Source: an uncultured Actinomycetes bacterium (GTDB lineage Bacteria; Actinomycetota; Actinomycetes; Nanopelagicales; Nanopelagicaceae). Taken from it: a DNA stretch of 64,000 nucleotides. The notes beneath the pieces were generated by a model. That model made no database searches, had not been told where the DNA came from, and was given only the letters and a program-made list of their open reading frames with translations. This document shows, one piece after another, positions 42,430 to 51,564 of this stretch (position 1 is its first letter; the number at the start of each line of letters is the position of its first letter). The DNA lies in contig CAIRHO010000004.1 of assembly GCA_903878415.1 (NCBI GenBank), forward strand, positions 44,831 to 108,830, given 5' to 3'. A program made the translations under genes and the position numbers.

Positions 42430-43086
42430 ATGAATTTGCCACTTCCTATGCCTGGAAAAGTCATTGCAGTTGGCTTGAATTACAAAGATCATGCAAAAGA
42501 AGCTGGAGTGCCACTTCCATTAGCGCCAGTTCTATTTACTAAGTGGACCACCTCTCTTATCCCGAATGGCGCAAACATCACTTTGCATAAGGGTGTAACT
42601 CAACTCGACTGGGAAGCTGAATTTGCAGTAGTTATTGGGAAGCGAGCAACACACGTTTCAGAGAGCGAAGCTCTGAGCTACGTTTCTGGCTATACCTGTA
42701 TGAACGATGTGACCGACCGTGAAGCTCAAGGTAAAGATGGTCAATGGGTGCGAAGCAAGTCATACGACACCTACGGCCCAATCGGACCAGTAATTGTGCC
42801 AGCGAGTCAGATTCCAGATCCACATAATCTCAAAATAGAAGCACGGTTAAATGGCAAGACCATGCAAACTAGCAATACCAGCAATTTGATCTTTAATGTG
42901 CCATATCTGATTTCATATATCAGCCAACGGATAACTTTAGAAGCCGGTGATGTCATAACTACTGGCACACCGCATGGAGTTGGAACTTTCTATAAGCCAC
43001 CTATCTTCATGCAAGATGGCGATGTAATTGAGATCGAGATCGAAAAAATCGGAATTCTAAAGAACCAAGTGGTAGCTGAGAAGTAA
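42430..43086 (+). CDS. Fumarylacetoacetate hydrolase (FAH) family protein (candidate 2,4-diketo-3-deoxy-sugar-acid hydrolase).
   Basis: It is a short single-domain FAH (218 aa). Motifs are KVIAVGLNYKDH, WEAEFAVVIGK and GDVITTGTPHGVG. Confidence 0.8.
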   Translation: MNLPLPMPGKVIAVGLNYKDHAKEAGVPLPLAPVLFTKWTTSLIPNGANITLHKGVTQLDWEAEFAVVIGKRATHVSESEALSYVSGYTCMNDVTDREAQGKDGQWVRSKSYDTYGPIGPVIVPASQIPDPHNLKIEARLNGKTMQTSNTSNLIFNVPYLISYISQRITLEAGDVITTGTPHGVGTFYKPPIFMQDGDVIEIEIEKIGILKNQVVAEK

Positions 43087-43853
43087 TGAGCTACAAAGGT
43101 TCAAAACATAAGCTCGCATTAATTACCGGTGGCGCTAACGGAATTGGATTAGCGACCGCCGATAATTTGGCGCAAAAAGGTTATGACCTTTTCTTAATTG
43201 ATAAAGATTTGTCTAATCTTGAAATAGCTAAAACCAGCCTGCTTAAACATGGGACTAGGGTAGAAGTCTTGAACCTCGATCTCTCCGACGGTGCAAATGT
43301 TTTAGAGGTGTTGAATAATAAAGCTGCTGAATTTGAGGTAGATGCGCTTGTGAACAACGCAGGGATAGGTTTTGCGCGAACCGTTGAACAGACCACGCTT
43401 GATGAATGGGATTTAACTTTCGATGTAAACATCAAAGCTACCTTCATTATGTGCAAAGTAATAGTGCCGCAGATGGTTAAAAGAGGTGGTGGCGTAATAG
43501 TTAACGTCGCATCCGCTGGCGCTCTGGTTGGCTTAAAAAATCGCGTTGCATACTGTGCATCTAAAGCTGCAGTAGTTGGCCTAACAAGATGTATCGCCGC
43601 CGATCATGCTCTCGATGGAATTCGAGTAAATGCAATTGCCCCAGGAACAGTTGACTCAACTTGGATTGGCCGAATTCTTTCCGACGCACCTGATCCAGTT
43701 GCAACTAGAAAATTAATGGAAGCTCGTCAACTTGATGGTCGAATGGGAACACCTGAAGAAGTTGCACACGGAATTGCATTCTTATTAAGTCCAGAAGCGC
43801 GCTTTGTAAATGGTTCAGTTTTTTCAATGGACGCTGGGCTAACTGCAGTATGA
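43086..43853 (+). CDS. SDR family oxidoreductase.
   Basis: It has TGGANGIG and YCASK motifs and is 255 aa. Its start overlaps the upstream stop by 1 nt (TAATG). Confidence 0.85.
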   Translation: MSYKGSKHKLALITGGANGIGLATADNLAQKGYDLFLIDKDLSNLEIAKTSLLKHGTRVEVLNLDLSDGANVLEVLNNKAAEFEVDALVNNAGIGFARTVEQTTLDEWDLTFDVNIKATFIMCKVIVPQMVKRGGGVIVNVASAGALVGLKNRVAYCASKAAVVGLTRCIAADHALDGIRVNAIAPGTVDSTWIGRILSDAPDPVATRKLMEARQLDGRMGTPEEVAHGIAFLLSPEARFVNGSVFSMDAGLTAV

Positions 43854-44458
43854 CCAGAACGTTTAACTCTGGTGTAATCGCTGTAATAAGAACAGATAAC
43901 CCTGATGATGCTTTATTAATAGCACGCGCGCTAAACGATACAGTTGTAGATTCAATCGAAGTGACGCTAACCGTTCCGAATGCAATTGAAGTTATTAAAA
44001 CTTTGGTAGGCGAAGGCGTAGAGCGCGTCGGTGCTGGAACAGTTAGAACCGTTGCCCAAGTTAACGAAGTAGCGAAAGTTGGCGGTTGCTTTGTTGTATC
44101 ACCGCACTCGGATCGCGAGGTTATTGAAGCTGCAGTTAAACATGGATTGCAAGTAACGCCCGGGGCAGTAACCCCAACTGAAATGGTGCAAGCCATGAAA
44201 TGGGGAGCTACTGCTGTAAAGATATTTCCAATTTGGGCAGTAGGCGGCATGGAGTATGTGCGAAGCGTTCTAGAACCGCTTCCCGATTTACCAATCGTTG
44301 TTTCAGGTGGTGCGACTCCAGAAGAAGTTAAAGAATATTTAAAATTAGGCGTAAAAGGAGTCTGTTTGGGCGGTGCCTTATGGAAGCAAGAGATTGTTTC
44401 TACCGGAAGTATCGCAGCCGCGTATGAATATGCAGCACAAGCACTTTCACGGATGTAA
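43850..44458 (+). CDS. eda: KDPG/KHG aldolase (2-dehydro-3-deoxy-phosphogluconate / 4-hydroxy-2-oxoglutarate aldolase).
   Basis: It is colinear with Eda: IEVTLTVPNA, GAGTVRT, VSPH, the Schiff-base lysine context VKIFP, and SGGA. It has an ATGA overlap with the upstream SDR. Confidence 0.8.
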   Translation: MTRTFNSGVIAVIRTDNPDDALLIARALNDTVVDSIEVTLTVPNAIEVIKTLVGEGVERVGAGTVRTVAQVNEVAKVGGCFVVSPHSDREVIEAAVKHGLQVTPGAVTPTEMVQAMKWGATAVKIFPIWAVGGMEYVRSVLEPLPDLPIVVSGGATPEEVKEYLKLGVKGVCLGGALWKQEIVSTGSIAAAYEYAAQALSRM

Positions 44459-44463
44459 CAAAA

Positions 44464-46830
44464 GTGGCGAAAGATTACGCTGATCTAGAGCAAATTCAGC
44501 GGAGAGTCCTGTGGCTAGCCACTCGAATGATTGACTATGCGAATAATGAAAGACCTAATGTTGACGGCATAAAAGTTGGTGGACATCAAGCTTCTAGCGC
44601 ATCGCTAGTTACAGTGATGACTGCGCTCTGGTTTAAATATTTAAAGGCTGAAGATCAAGTAAGTGTGAAACCGCACGCATCACCAATTTTACATGCGATT
44701 AATTATTTATTAGGAAATTTAGATAAAGATTATTTAACCAAACTTCGTTCCTTTGGCGGGCTGCAGTCATACCCATCAAGAACTAAAGACCCTGGGCGAA
44801 TAGATTTTTCAACTGGCTCGGTCGGGCTTGGTGCAGCTGCGCCACTTTTTAGTGGCGCAACTAGAAGGTATGTCGACTCTCACTTCGGAGAGCGTCCAAA
44901 ATCAAAGTTCATCGCACTAATTGGCGATGCCGAACTAGATGAAGGAAATATTTGGGAAGCGGTTTCAGATCCTGCAACTACAAATTTAGGAAATGTACTT
45001 TGGATTGTTGATTTCAATCGGCAATCGCTCGATCGAGTTATCCCCGGAGTTCGTATCCATCAATGGCGCCAACAATTTGAAGCGGCGGGTTGGAACGTTG
45101 CGGAAGTAAAATATGGTCAGAAATTAAAGAACGCTTTTAAAGAGCCAAATAGTGAAAGTTTCCAAAAATGGCTAGATCAAATTCCGAACGAGCAGTATCA
45201 ATCAATATTTGGGTTGGATCCGGCAGCGGCTAGAAATCGCTTTCTGGAAGGCGCCCCGCAATCAGTTATTGATTACTTTGCTGTAAAAAGTGATAGCGAA
45301 GTTTTAGAAATAGTAACTGACTTGGGTGGTCATGATTTCACGTCTCTGTTAGAAGAGCTAGTTAATTGCGAAAAAATTACAAATAAACCTAGTGTGATTT
45401 TTGCTTATACGGTAAAAGGTTGGGGTTTACCGTTAGCCGGAAATCCAAGAAACCACAGCGCATCACTAAATTCAACTCAGATTGATGAATTCAGAAAAGA
45501 ACTTGAACTAGATTTAGATACAGAGTGGGATCGCTTCAATTCTAAATCTATATCAGGTCAGATATGCGAACTTCGCAAATCTGAGTTGCAATTAGATAAT
45601 AAGGTTTCTAACATCGAGTGTCCGATTCCTGAGAAAACTGATCTCCAATTTAAAGCGAGTAATTCAACCCAAGAAGTTTTTGGGCGGATATTAACTACTC
45701 TGTCTAGAGACCCTGAACTTGTTAAATACATTGTTACTACTGCTCCTGATGTCGCTACTTCAACAAATCTTGGCGGATTTATAAATCGCGTTGGTGTTTA
45801 TTGCCCAACCGAAAAACGTGCTTGGAATGTGGATCCAGTTTTAAAATGGGCGGAAGGACCTACCGGCCAACATATTGAACTTGGCATAAGCGAGATGAAT
45901 CTCTTTATGTTGCTAGGCGCACTCGGGTTATCTGATATTCATTCTCATCAAAAATTGATTCCGGTGGGTACTGTTTATGATCCATTTGTTTTACGAGGCT
46001 TAGATTCACTTGTGCATGGGGTTTACTCCGGGTCTCGATTTATTGTTGCTGGGACACCCTCTGGAGTAACACTTGCCCCCGAAGGCGGCGCACATCAATC
46101 TTCGATAACTGCATCCGTTGGAATAGAGCTGCCTGGCATGGTTTTAATTGAACCGGCATTCGCGACTGCCTTAGATTGGCTCTTATGCGATGCGATTTCT
46201 GGCGTCGCAAAGCCAACTACAAAGAACGATAGAGAGTTAGTTTATTACTTCCGATTATCAACCCGATCAATCCTACAAGAAGTATTCGAGAGTGTACGAG
46301 TCAAAGTGGGCGATGCCGTCCTGCGTAACCAAGTTATAAGCGGTGCTTATCAATTAGTTGATGGTCGGCTTGCACTAGAAGTATTAGGGATATCTTCAGA
46401 ATTCGCACCCGAGGTTAATCTAGTTTCGACTGGGGTTGTAGCGCCAGAAGTTTTAGCAGCTGCTGAGGCTTTAGCAAATATTGGAATTATTGCAAATGTG
46501 TTTGATGTAGTGAGTCCAAGTCGGATCTATCATAATTGGCAGAGTTCGCTATCTAGTGCAATCAAAGAGATCAAATCAATAAAGAGTCAAAACTACTTGG
46601 AGACTCTGATATCCAATAATGCGCCAATTGTCTCTATTCATGATGCATCTTCGCATGCGATGGCGTGGCTCGGCTCCGCTCTTGGCGTACGTCAAATTTC
46701 CTTAGGGGTGAATGTCTTTGGGCAATCCGGCACAATTCCCGATCTTTATAAGGCAAACTTACTTGACACAGACTCAATCTTTAAAGCCGCAACGCACGCA
46801 ATAGGGATTTCTAGAAATAAAGAGAGATAG
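44464..46830 (+). CDS. Homodimeric-type (AceE-like) TPP-dependent 2-oxoacid dehydrogenase E1/transketolase-like protein, short form (788 aa).
   Basis: The N-terminus LEQIQRRVLWLATRMIDYANNERPNVDGIKVGGHQASSAS aligns, from memory, with an internal AceE segment (LERRIRSAIRWNA...LGGHMASFQSSAT). It has a GDAELDEGN TPP motif and a GTG start. Confidence 0.7.
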   Translation: MAKDYADLEQIQRRVLWLATRMIDYANNERPNVDGIKVGGHQASSASLVTVMTALWFKYLKAEDQVSVKPHASPILHAINYLLGNLDKDYLTKLRSFGGLQSYPSRTKDPGRIDFSTGSVGLGAAAPLFSGATRRYVDSHFGERPKSKFIALIGDAELDEGNIWEAVSDPATTNLGNVLWIVDFNRQSLDRVIPGVRIHQWRQQFEAAGWNVAEVKYGQKLKNAFKEPNSESFQKWLDQIPNEQYQSIFGLDPAAARNRFLEGAPQSVIDYFAVKSDSEVLEIVTDLGGHDFTSLLEELVNCEKITNKPSVIFAYTVKGWGLPLAGNPRNHSASLNSTQIDEFRKELELDLDTEWDRFNSKSISGQICELRKSELQLDNKVSNIECPIPEKTDLQFKASNSTQEVFGRILTTLSRDPELVKYIVTTAPDVATSTNLGGFINRVGVYCPTEKRAWNVDPVLKWAEGPTGQHIELGISEMNLFMLLGALGLSDIHSHQKLIPVGTVYDPFVLRGLDSLVHGVYSGSRFIVAGTPSGVTLAPEGGAHQSSITASVGIELPGMVLIEPAFATALDWLLCDAISGVAKPTTKNDRELVYYFRLSTRSILQEVFESVRVKVGDAVLRNQVISGAYQLVDGRLALEVLGISSEFAPEVNLVSTGVVAPEVLAAAEALANIGIIANVFDVVSPSRIYHNWQSSLSSAIKEIKSIKSQNYLETLISNNAPIVSIHDASSHAMAWLGSALGVRQISLGVNVFGQSGTIPDLYKANLLDTDSIFKAATHAIGISRNKER

Positions 46831-46841
46831 GAAATAAATTA

Positions 46842-47744
46842 ATGACGGAGAACATTTGGTGCCAATGGCCAGATTTGACTATTCCAAATGGATTTAAGTT
46901 AACTAGTAAACCACTTGCTACTTTGAGCGAGACTGCACTCTCTGAAATAACTTTCTATGTGCCGCAATATATGGCTGGCTCGGCGGCTCTTACTTGGATA
47001 CCAAAAATGCCAAACTTGAAGATTGTTCAACTTCTTAATGCGGGGTACGACGATGCCATCGCTTATTTGCGACCTGGGTTAACGTTATTTAATGCCAAAG
47101 GCGTTCATGATCATTCAACTTCCGAACTGGCCTTAGCTTTAATGCTTGCAAAATTAAGGTTTATTCCAGAGTATGTAAAAAATCAAATTGCCGGTAAATG
47201 GGAACATACAAGCACTGGATCATTAGCTGATAAAACTGTGGCGATTGTTGGGTATGGCTCCATTGGAAAAACCTTTGAACATTTGATTGCAAACTTTCCA
47301 ATTAACATTTTAAGATTTGCGCAAACTGCAAGAGATAATGTTTATCCAATCTCTGAGATAAACAAATATCTACCTGAAATCGATGTTGTAGTTTTGATTG
47401 TTCCCTTAACCGATTCAACTCGAAATCTCTTTAATAAAGAGAAATTTGACTTGATGAAGCCAGGCGCATTAATAATCAATGTAGCTCGAGGAGCGGTAAT
47501 TAATACTGATGATTTATTGGAAGCGTTGAGAGCAGATCGAATCCATGCAGCTTTAGATGTTACTGATCCGGAACCACTGCCAGCCGGCCATCCATTATGG
47601 TCCGAGAAGAATGTTTTAATCGTCCCGCATGTTGGTGGCGATTCCACCTCCTTTGATCCGAGAGCTAGGAAACTGGTAACAGAACAGTTACTACGTATTT
47701 CTCAAAACAAAGCGATGGTTAATCAGATTGGGTGGGAGAAGTGA
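46842..47744 (+). CDS. D-2-hydroxyacid dehydrogenase family protein.
   Basis: It has a VGYGSIGK Rossmann motif, ARGAVINTDDL, and H at PHVGG. Length is 300 aa. Confidence 0.8.
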   Translation: MTENIWCQWPDLTIPNGFKLTSKPLATLSETALSEITFYVPQYMAGSAALTWIPKMPNLKIVQLLNAGYDDAIAYLRPGLTLFNAKGVHDHSTSELALALMLAKLRFIPEYVKNQIAGKWEHTSTGSLADKTVAIVGYGSIGKTFEHLIANFPINILRFAQTARDNVYPISEINKYLPEIDVVVLIVPLTDSTRNLFNKEKFDLMKPGALIINVARGAVINTDDLLEALRADRIHAALDVTDPEPLPAGHPLWSEKNVLIVPHVGGDSTSFDPRARKLVTEQLLRISQNKAMVNQIGWEK

Positions 47745-48061
47745 AATTTGCAGTCATGGTTGTTTTTAAAGTTCTGGAAGATAAAATCTCAGAATTTAGT
47801 GAGGCGCTAATCTGGCATAGTGAAAATACTTGGGGCGAGTCTGGTTCAATAAAATTCGTCATCTATGTTGATGAAGTAGATCCATCTATTTTTTATCTTT
47901 ATGAATTATATGAAAATCGCGGGGAGTTTGAAAAGCACACTAAGACCGACTACATCTCGGTTTTCAGCGGGAAAGCTAAGCCGCTACTTAGAGAACCATC
48001 CCAAATTTTCCGTGGCGTTCCACTTTTACCTAATCCAAAGTCAGAAAAGGGCAAAGTGTGA
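47732..48061 (+). CDS. ABM-domain (antibiotic biosynthesis monooxygenase/YgiN-like) small protein.
   Basis: The protein is 109 aa with a ferredoxin-like ABM pattern (VKFAVMVVFKV...YELYENRGEFEKHTKTDY). Its start is GTG. Its stop overlaps the ppdK start (GTGA at 48058-48061). Confidence 0.6.
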   Translation: MGEVKFAVMVVFKVLEDKISEFSEALIWHSENTWGESGSIKFVIYVDEVDPSIFYLYELYENRGEFEKHTKTDYISVFSGKAKPLLREPSQIFRGVPLLPNPKSEKGKV

Positions 48062-50769
48062 GCGCAAAATATATTCACCCATTCTCTTTCGGCGACCGGA
48101 CCCAATCAGATTTACTCGGTGGCAAAGGGGCAAATCTTGCAGAGATGGTGAAAATTGGATTACCAGTTCCGCCAGGTTTCACGATTACAACTTTGGCATG
48201 TCGTGAATTCCTACTCACGGGTGAGATTCCAAGTTTATTACCAGAAGAACTTGAAGCAGCCCTAATAAATTTGGAGAAAGAATTAGGTAAAAAATTTGGT
48301 GATCCAAAGAATCCACTCTTAGTCTCAGTTCGTTCTGGTGCAAAATTTTCGATGCCGGGGATGATGGAGACAGTACTAAATGTTGGGATGACGCCAGAAG
48401 TTGCGGAAGCGTTAGCGCAACAGACCGGCAATCCAAAATTTGCCTGGGATTGTTACCGAAGATTTGTGGATATGTACGGCCGAATTGTTTGCGAAGTTCC
48501 ACTTAGTGAATTCCACAAGATACAACAGAGAGTATTAAGCGCTTTTGGTGTAAATGCAATTTCGGATTTGGAAGTAGATGGGTTACAAGCTTTAACTGAT
48601 GGATATATAAAAGAAACTGAAGCGCTAACGGGTGAAACTTTTCCAACCGACCCGAGAGAACATTTAACTAGATCAGTACAAGCCGTCTTTCATTCTTGGA
48701 ATTCAGAGCGAGCCCAACTTTATCGCCAACGAGAACGAATTCCGTCAGATCTCGGTACTGCAGTAAATGTGCAGTCAATGATATTTGGCAATCTCAGCGA
48801 TGATTCGGGAACTGGCGTTGCATTCACCAGAGACCCAGCAACTGGCGAAACTGGAAGTTATGGCGATTACTTAGTTAGAGCACAGGGCGAAGATGTTGTC
48901 GCCGGAATTCGAAACACTATGTCGTTAGAGGATATGGCTAAAGAATTTCCTAAAGTTCACGGAGAGCTTGAAAAAGTAATGGCGAATTTAGAAACACACT
49001 ACCGCGATCTCTGCGATATCGAATTTACAGTCGAAAAGGGCAAGTTGTGGATTCTGCAGACCCGCGTGGGAAAACGGACTGCCGAAGCGGCTTTTAGAAT
49101 TGCGGTTCAATTGGTGGATGAAGGAAAAATAACAATCGATGAAGCGCTAACTAGGGTGGGTGGCGCACAATTAGCTCAACTAATGTTTCCACAATTTGAT
49201 TTACGTGGCTCAGTGAAAGAACTAGCTCGAGGAATTCCTGCTTCACCAGGAGCAGCAGTCGGCGCGGTGGTTTTTGATTCAAAACGTGCGCTAGATGCTT
49301 CACGAGATGGCAAGAAAGTTATTTTAGTTCGCCGTGAAACTAGCCCTGATGATTTAGTTGGAATGGTGGCGGCGCAGGGAATTCTTACCAGCCGTGGTGG
49401 AAAAACTTCACACGCAGCGGTCGTAGCGCGAGGCATGGGAAAGACCGCAGTATGTGGAACAGAAAGTATTACTGTTGACGAGAGCGGCGGATTCTTCACA
49501 GTGGGTGGTGAGAGTGTTTACGAAGGCGAAGTAATTTCAATTGATGGCTCAACTGGCGCGGTTTATCTAGGCGAGCTGCCAGTTGTTGCATCGCCAGTGA
49601 CTTCATATTTGGAAGGCTTACTATCTTCCGCAAGTGATGAAGCATCACCAGTAGTTAAAGCGGTAGATCGAATTTTGACGCATGCAGATAAAATTCGACG
49701 GCTAGAAGTTCGAGCTAATGCCGACACTCCTGAAGATGCGATTAGGGCTCGAATTTTAGGCGCAGAAGGCGTTGGACTTTGCCGAACGGAACACATGTTT
49801 CTTGGACCAAGAAGGTCATACGTTGAACGGTTAGTGCTTGCTGAAAATGAAGATGTACAACGTGGCGTAATCGGCGAGATGGAAGTTCTACAACGAGCTG
49901 ACTTTGTCGGGATTATGATGGCAATGTCTGGCTTACCGGTAACAGTTCGTTTGCTTGATCCACCGCTCCATGAGTTCTTGCCACCACTCGCTGAATTAAC
50001 TGCAAATATGTCTCGAGCTGAAGCGCTAAATAGCGAGATTTCAGCTCGAGATAGCGCAGTTTTTGCGGCTGTTAAACGTATGCATGAATCAAACCCGATG
50101 CTCGGGCTTCGTGGCGTTCGCCTAGGAATTCTAATTCCAGAGTTATATAAAATGCAGGTGCGTGCGCTCGTACATGCGTTAATTGAAGTTCGTAAATTAG
50201 GGCATGATCCAAAACCTGAGGTAATGATTCCGTTAGTAGCGACACAGCGCGAACTACTTTATTTACGTGAATCACTCGAAGATGAAATCAGTAAAACCCT
50301 AAAAGGAACTGGGCAAAGTGCAACGATTCCAATTGGCACAATGATTGAAACGCCACGTGCTGCGATTACTGCAGAGCGGCTAGGTGTTTACGCAGACTTC
50401 TTTTCGTTTGGCACCAACGATTTAACGCAATTAACTTGGGCGTTTAGTCGTGACGATGTTGAATCCTCATTCTTGCCAAGGTATCTTGATTTAGAACTAC
50501 TTCCATTCAATCCATTTGAATCGCTAGACCAAGCCGGTGTTGGAATTTTAGTTAAGACTGCTACTGATCAAGCTCGCTCAATTCGTCCAGATTTCAAAAT
50601 TGGAGTTTGTGGCGAACACGGTGGCGATCCGTCCAGCATTCATTTTTTCGACAAGATCGGGCTTGATTACGTCTCTTGCTCTCCATATCGCGTGCCAGTG
50701 GCAAGACTTGAAAGTGGGAGAGCCGTACTGCAACTAGATATCGTTAATTCAAATCTAACGCTAGGTTAA
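48058..50769 (+). CDS. ppdK: Pyruvate, phosphate dikinase.
   Basis: It has GGKGANLAEM in the ATP-grasp domain, the GGKTSHAAVVARG phosphohistidine motif, and a C-terminal PEP-utilising block (FSFGTNDLTQ, CGEHGGDP). Length is 903 aa. Confidence 0.92.
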   Translation: MSAKYIHPFSFGDRTQSDLLGGKGANLAEMVKIGLPVPPGFTITTLACREFLLTGEIPSLLPEELEAALINLEKELGKKFGDPKNPLLVSVRSGAKFSMPGMMETVLNVGMTPEVAEALAQQTGNPKFAWDCYRRFVDMYGRIVCEVPLSEFHKIQQRVLSAFGVNAISDLEVDGLQALTDGYIKETEALTGETFPTDPREHLTRSVQAVFHSWNSERAQLYRQRERIPSDLGTAVNVQSMIFGNLSDDSGTGVAFTRDPATGETGSYGDYLVRAQGEDVVAGIRNTMSLEDMAKEFPKVHGELEKVMANLETHYRDLCDIEFTVEKGKLWILQTRVGKRTAEAAFRIAVQLVDEGKITIDEALTRVGGAQLAQLMFPQFDLRGSVKELARGIPASPGAAVGAVVFDSKRALDASRDGKKVILVRRETSPDDLVGMVAAQGILTSRGGKTSHAAVVARGMGKTAVCGTESITVDESGGFFTVGGESVYEGEVISIDGSTGAVYLGELPVVASPVTSYLEGLLSSASDEASPVVKAVDRILTHADKIRRLEVRANADTPEDAIRARILGAEGVGLCRTEHMFLGPRRSYVERLVLAENEDVQRGVIGEMEVLQRADFVGIMMAMSGLPVTVRLLDPPLHEFLPPLAELTANMSRAEALNSEISARDSAVFAAVKRMHESNPMLGLRGVRLGILIPELYKMQVRALVHALIEVRKLGHDPKPEVMIPLVATQRELLYLRESLEDEISKTLKGTGQSATIPIGTMIETPRAAITAERLGVYADFFSFGTNDLTQLTWAFSRDDVESSFLPRYLDLELLPFNPFESLDQAGVGILVKTATDQARSIRPDFKIGVCGEHGGDPSSIHFFDKIGLDYVSCSPYRVPVARLESGRAVLQLDIVNSNLTLG

Positions 50770-51564
50770 TTATTTAATTGAGCGTCCAGGTATTGAAGAG
50801 ATCAATTTCTTAGTGTAATCCTCTTTTGGATTATTAAATATCTCTTCAGATTTTCCAGATTCTACAAATATGCCATCTTTCATGACATATACGTAATCCG
50901 AGAGATATCTAATTACACCAAGGTCATGCGAAACCAACACAATTGATAAACCTTTTTTGATTAAATCATTAAAGAGACCTAATAGCTGGGCTTGCGCACT
51001 TTGATCGATTGCTGAGGTTGGTTCATCGGCAATGAGAACGCTAGGTTGGGCCGAAAGTGCCCGTGCCACACTAGCTCTTTGACGTTGGCCACCCGATAAC
51101 TTACTTGGGAATTTCTGTGCATCAAGATTGCTAATGCCCATGCTTTCAAGTAAATCCAGTGCTGCAACACGCGAAGCTTTCTTATCTAAGCCTTGATGTT
51201 GCCGAATTGCTTCAGCTATTGCTTTAACGATTCGCATCCGTGGATTCAAACTTCCATATGGATCTTGAAAAACCATCTGTACTTCTTTACGGAGGGCTCC
51301 TTCATAGGTGTTCCTACCGCTTTGAATTGGCTTTCCCATGAATGTAACAGAACCAGAGGTTGGTAATTGTAAACCCGAAAGAACTCGAGCAAAGGTAGAT
51401 TTCCCACTGCCAGATTCACCAACAACGCCAATTGTTTGCCCTTTTGGCAATACAAAATCTACTTGATCAACCGCTTTTATTACATCACCATATGAATCAA
51501 AAATTACTGATACATTTTTAGCTTCTATAATGTTCACTGTGTTCTTACCTCGCAATTTCGTCAT
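50770..51564 (-). CDS. Peptide/nickel-type ABC transporter ATP-binding protein (DppF/OppF-like).
   Basis: It has Walker A GESGSGKST, signature LSGGQRQR and Walker B LIADEPTSAID. The ORF extends to 51597, and the start is uncertain (ATG 51564 or 51585). Its stop abuts the convergent ppdK stop. Confidence 0.85.
   Translation of the reverse strand: MTKLRGKNTVNIIEAKNVSVIFDSYGDVIKAVDQVDFVLPKGQTIGVVGESGSGKSTFARVLSGLQLPTSGSVTFMGKPIQSGRNTYEGALRKEVQMVFQDPYGSLNPRMRIVKAIAEAIRQHQGLDKKASRVAALDLLESMGISNLDAQKFPSKLSGGQRQRASVARALSAQPSVLIADEPTSAIDQSAQAQLLGLFNDLIKKGLSIVLVSHDLGVIRYLSDYVYVMKDGIFVESGKSEEIFNNPKEDYTKKLISSIPGRSIK

Noticed and set aside
43705-44250. A 181-aa minus-strand ORF lies opposite the SDR/Eda genes. 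Similar antisense ORFs are 22062..22541, 34574..34987, 18916..19281, 25399..25779 and 47342..47647.
   Set aside because: Each lies antisense to a gene with strong family signatures. None has a plausible ribosome-binding site or recognisable domain.
39111-46830. I considered annotating the E1 genes as a complete pyruvate dehydrogenase complex.
   Set aside because: No E2 acyltransferase catalytic domain and no E3 (dihydrolipoyl dehydrogenase) gene occur in the window. Substrate specificity cannot be inferred from sequence alone, so only generic E1/lipoyl calls are made.
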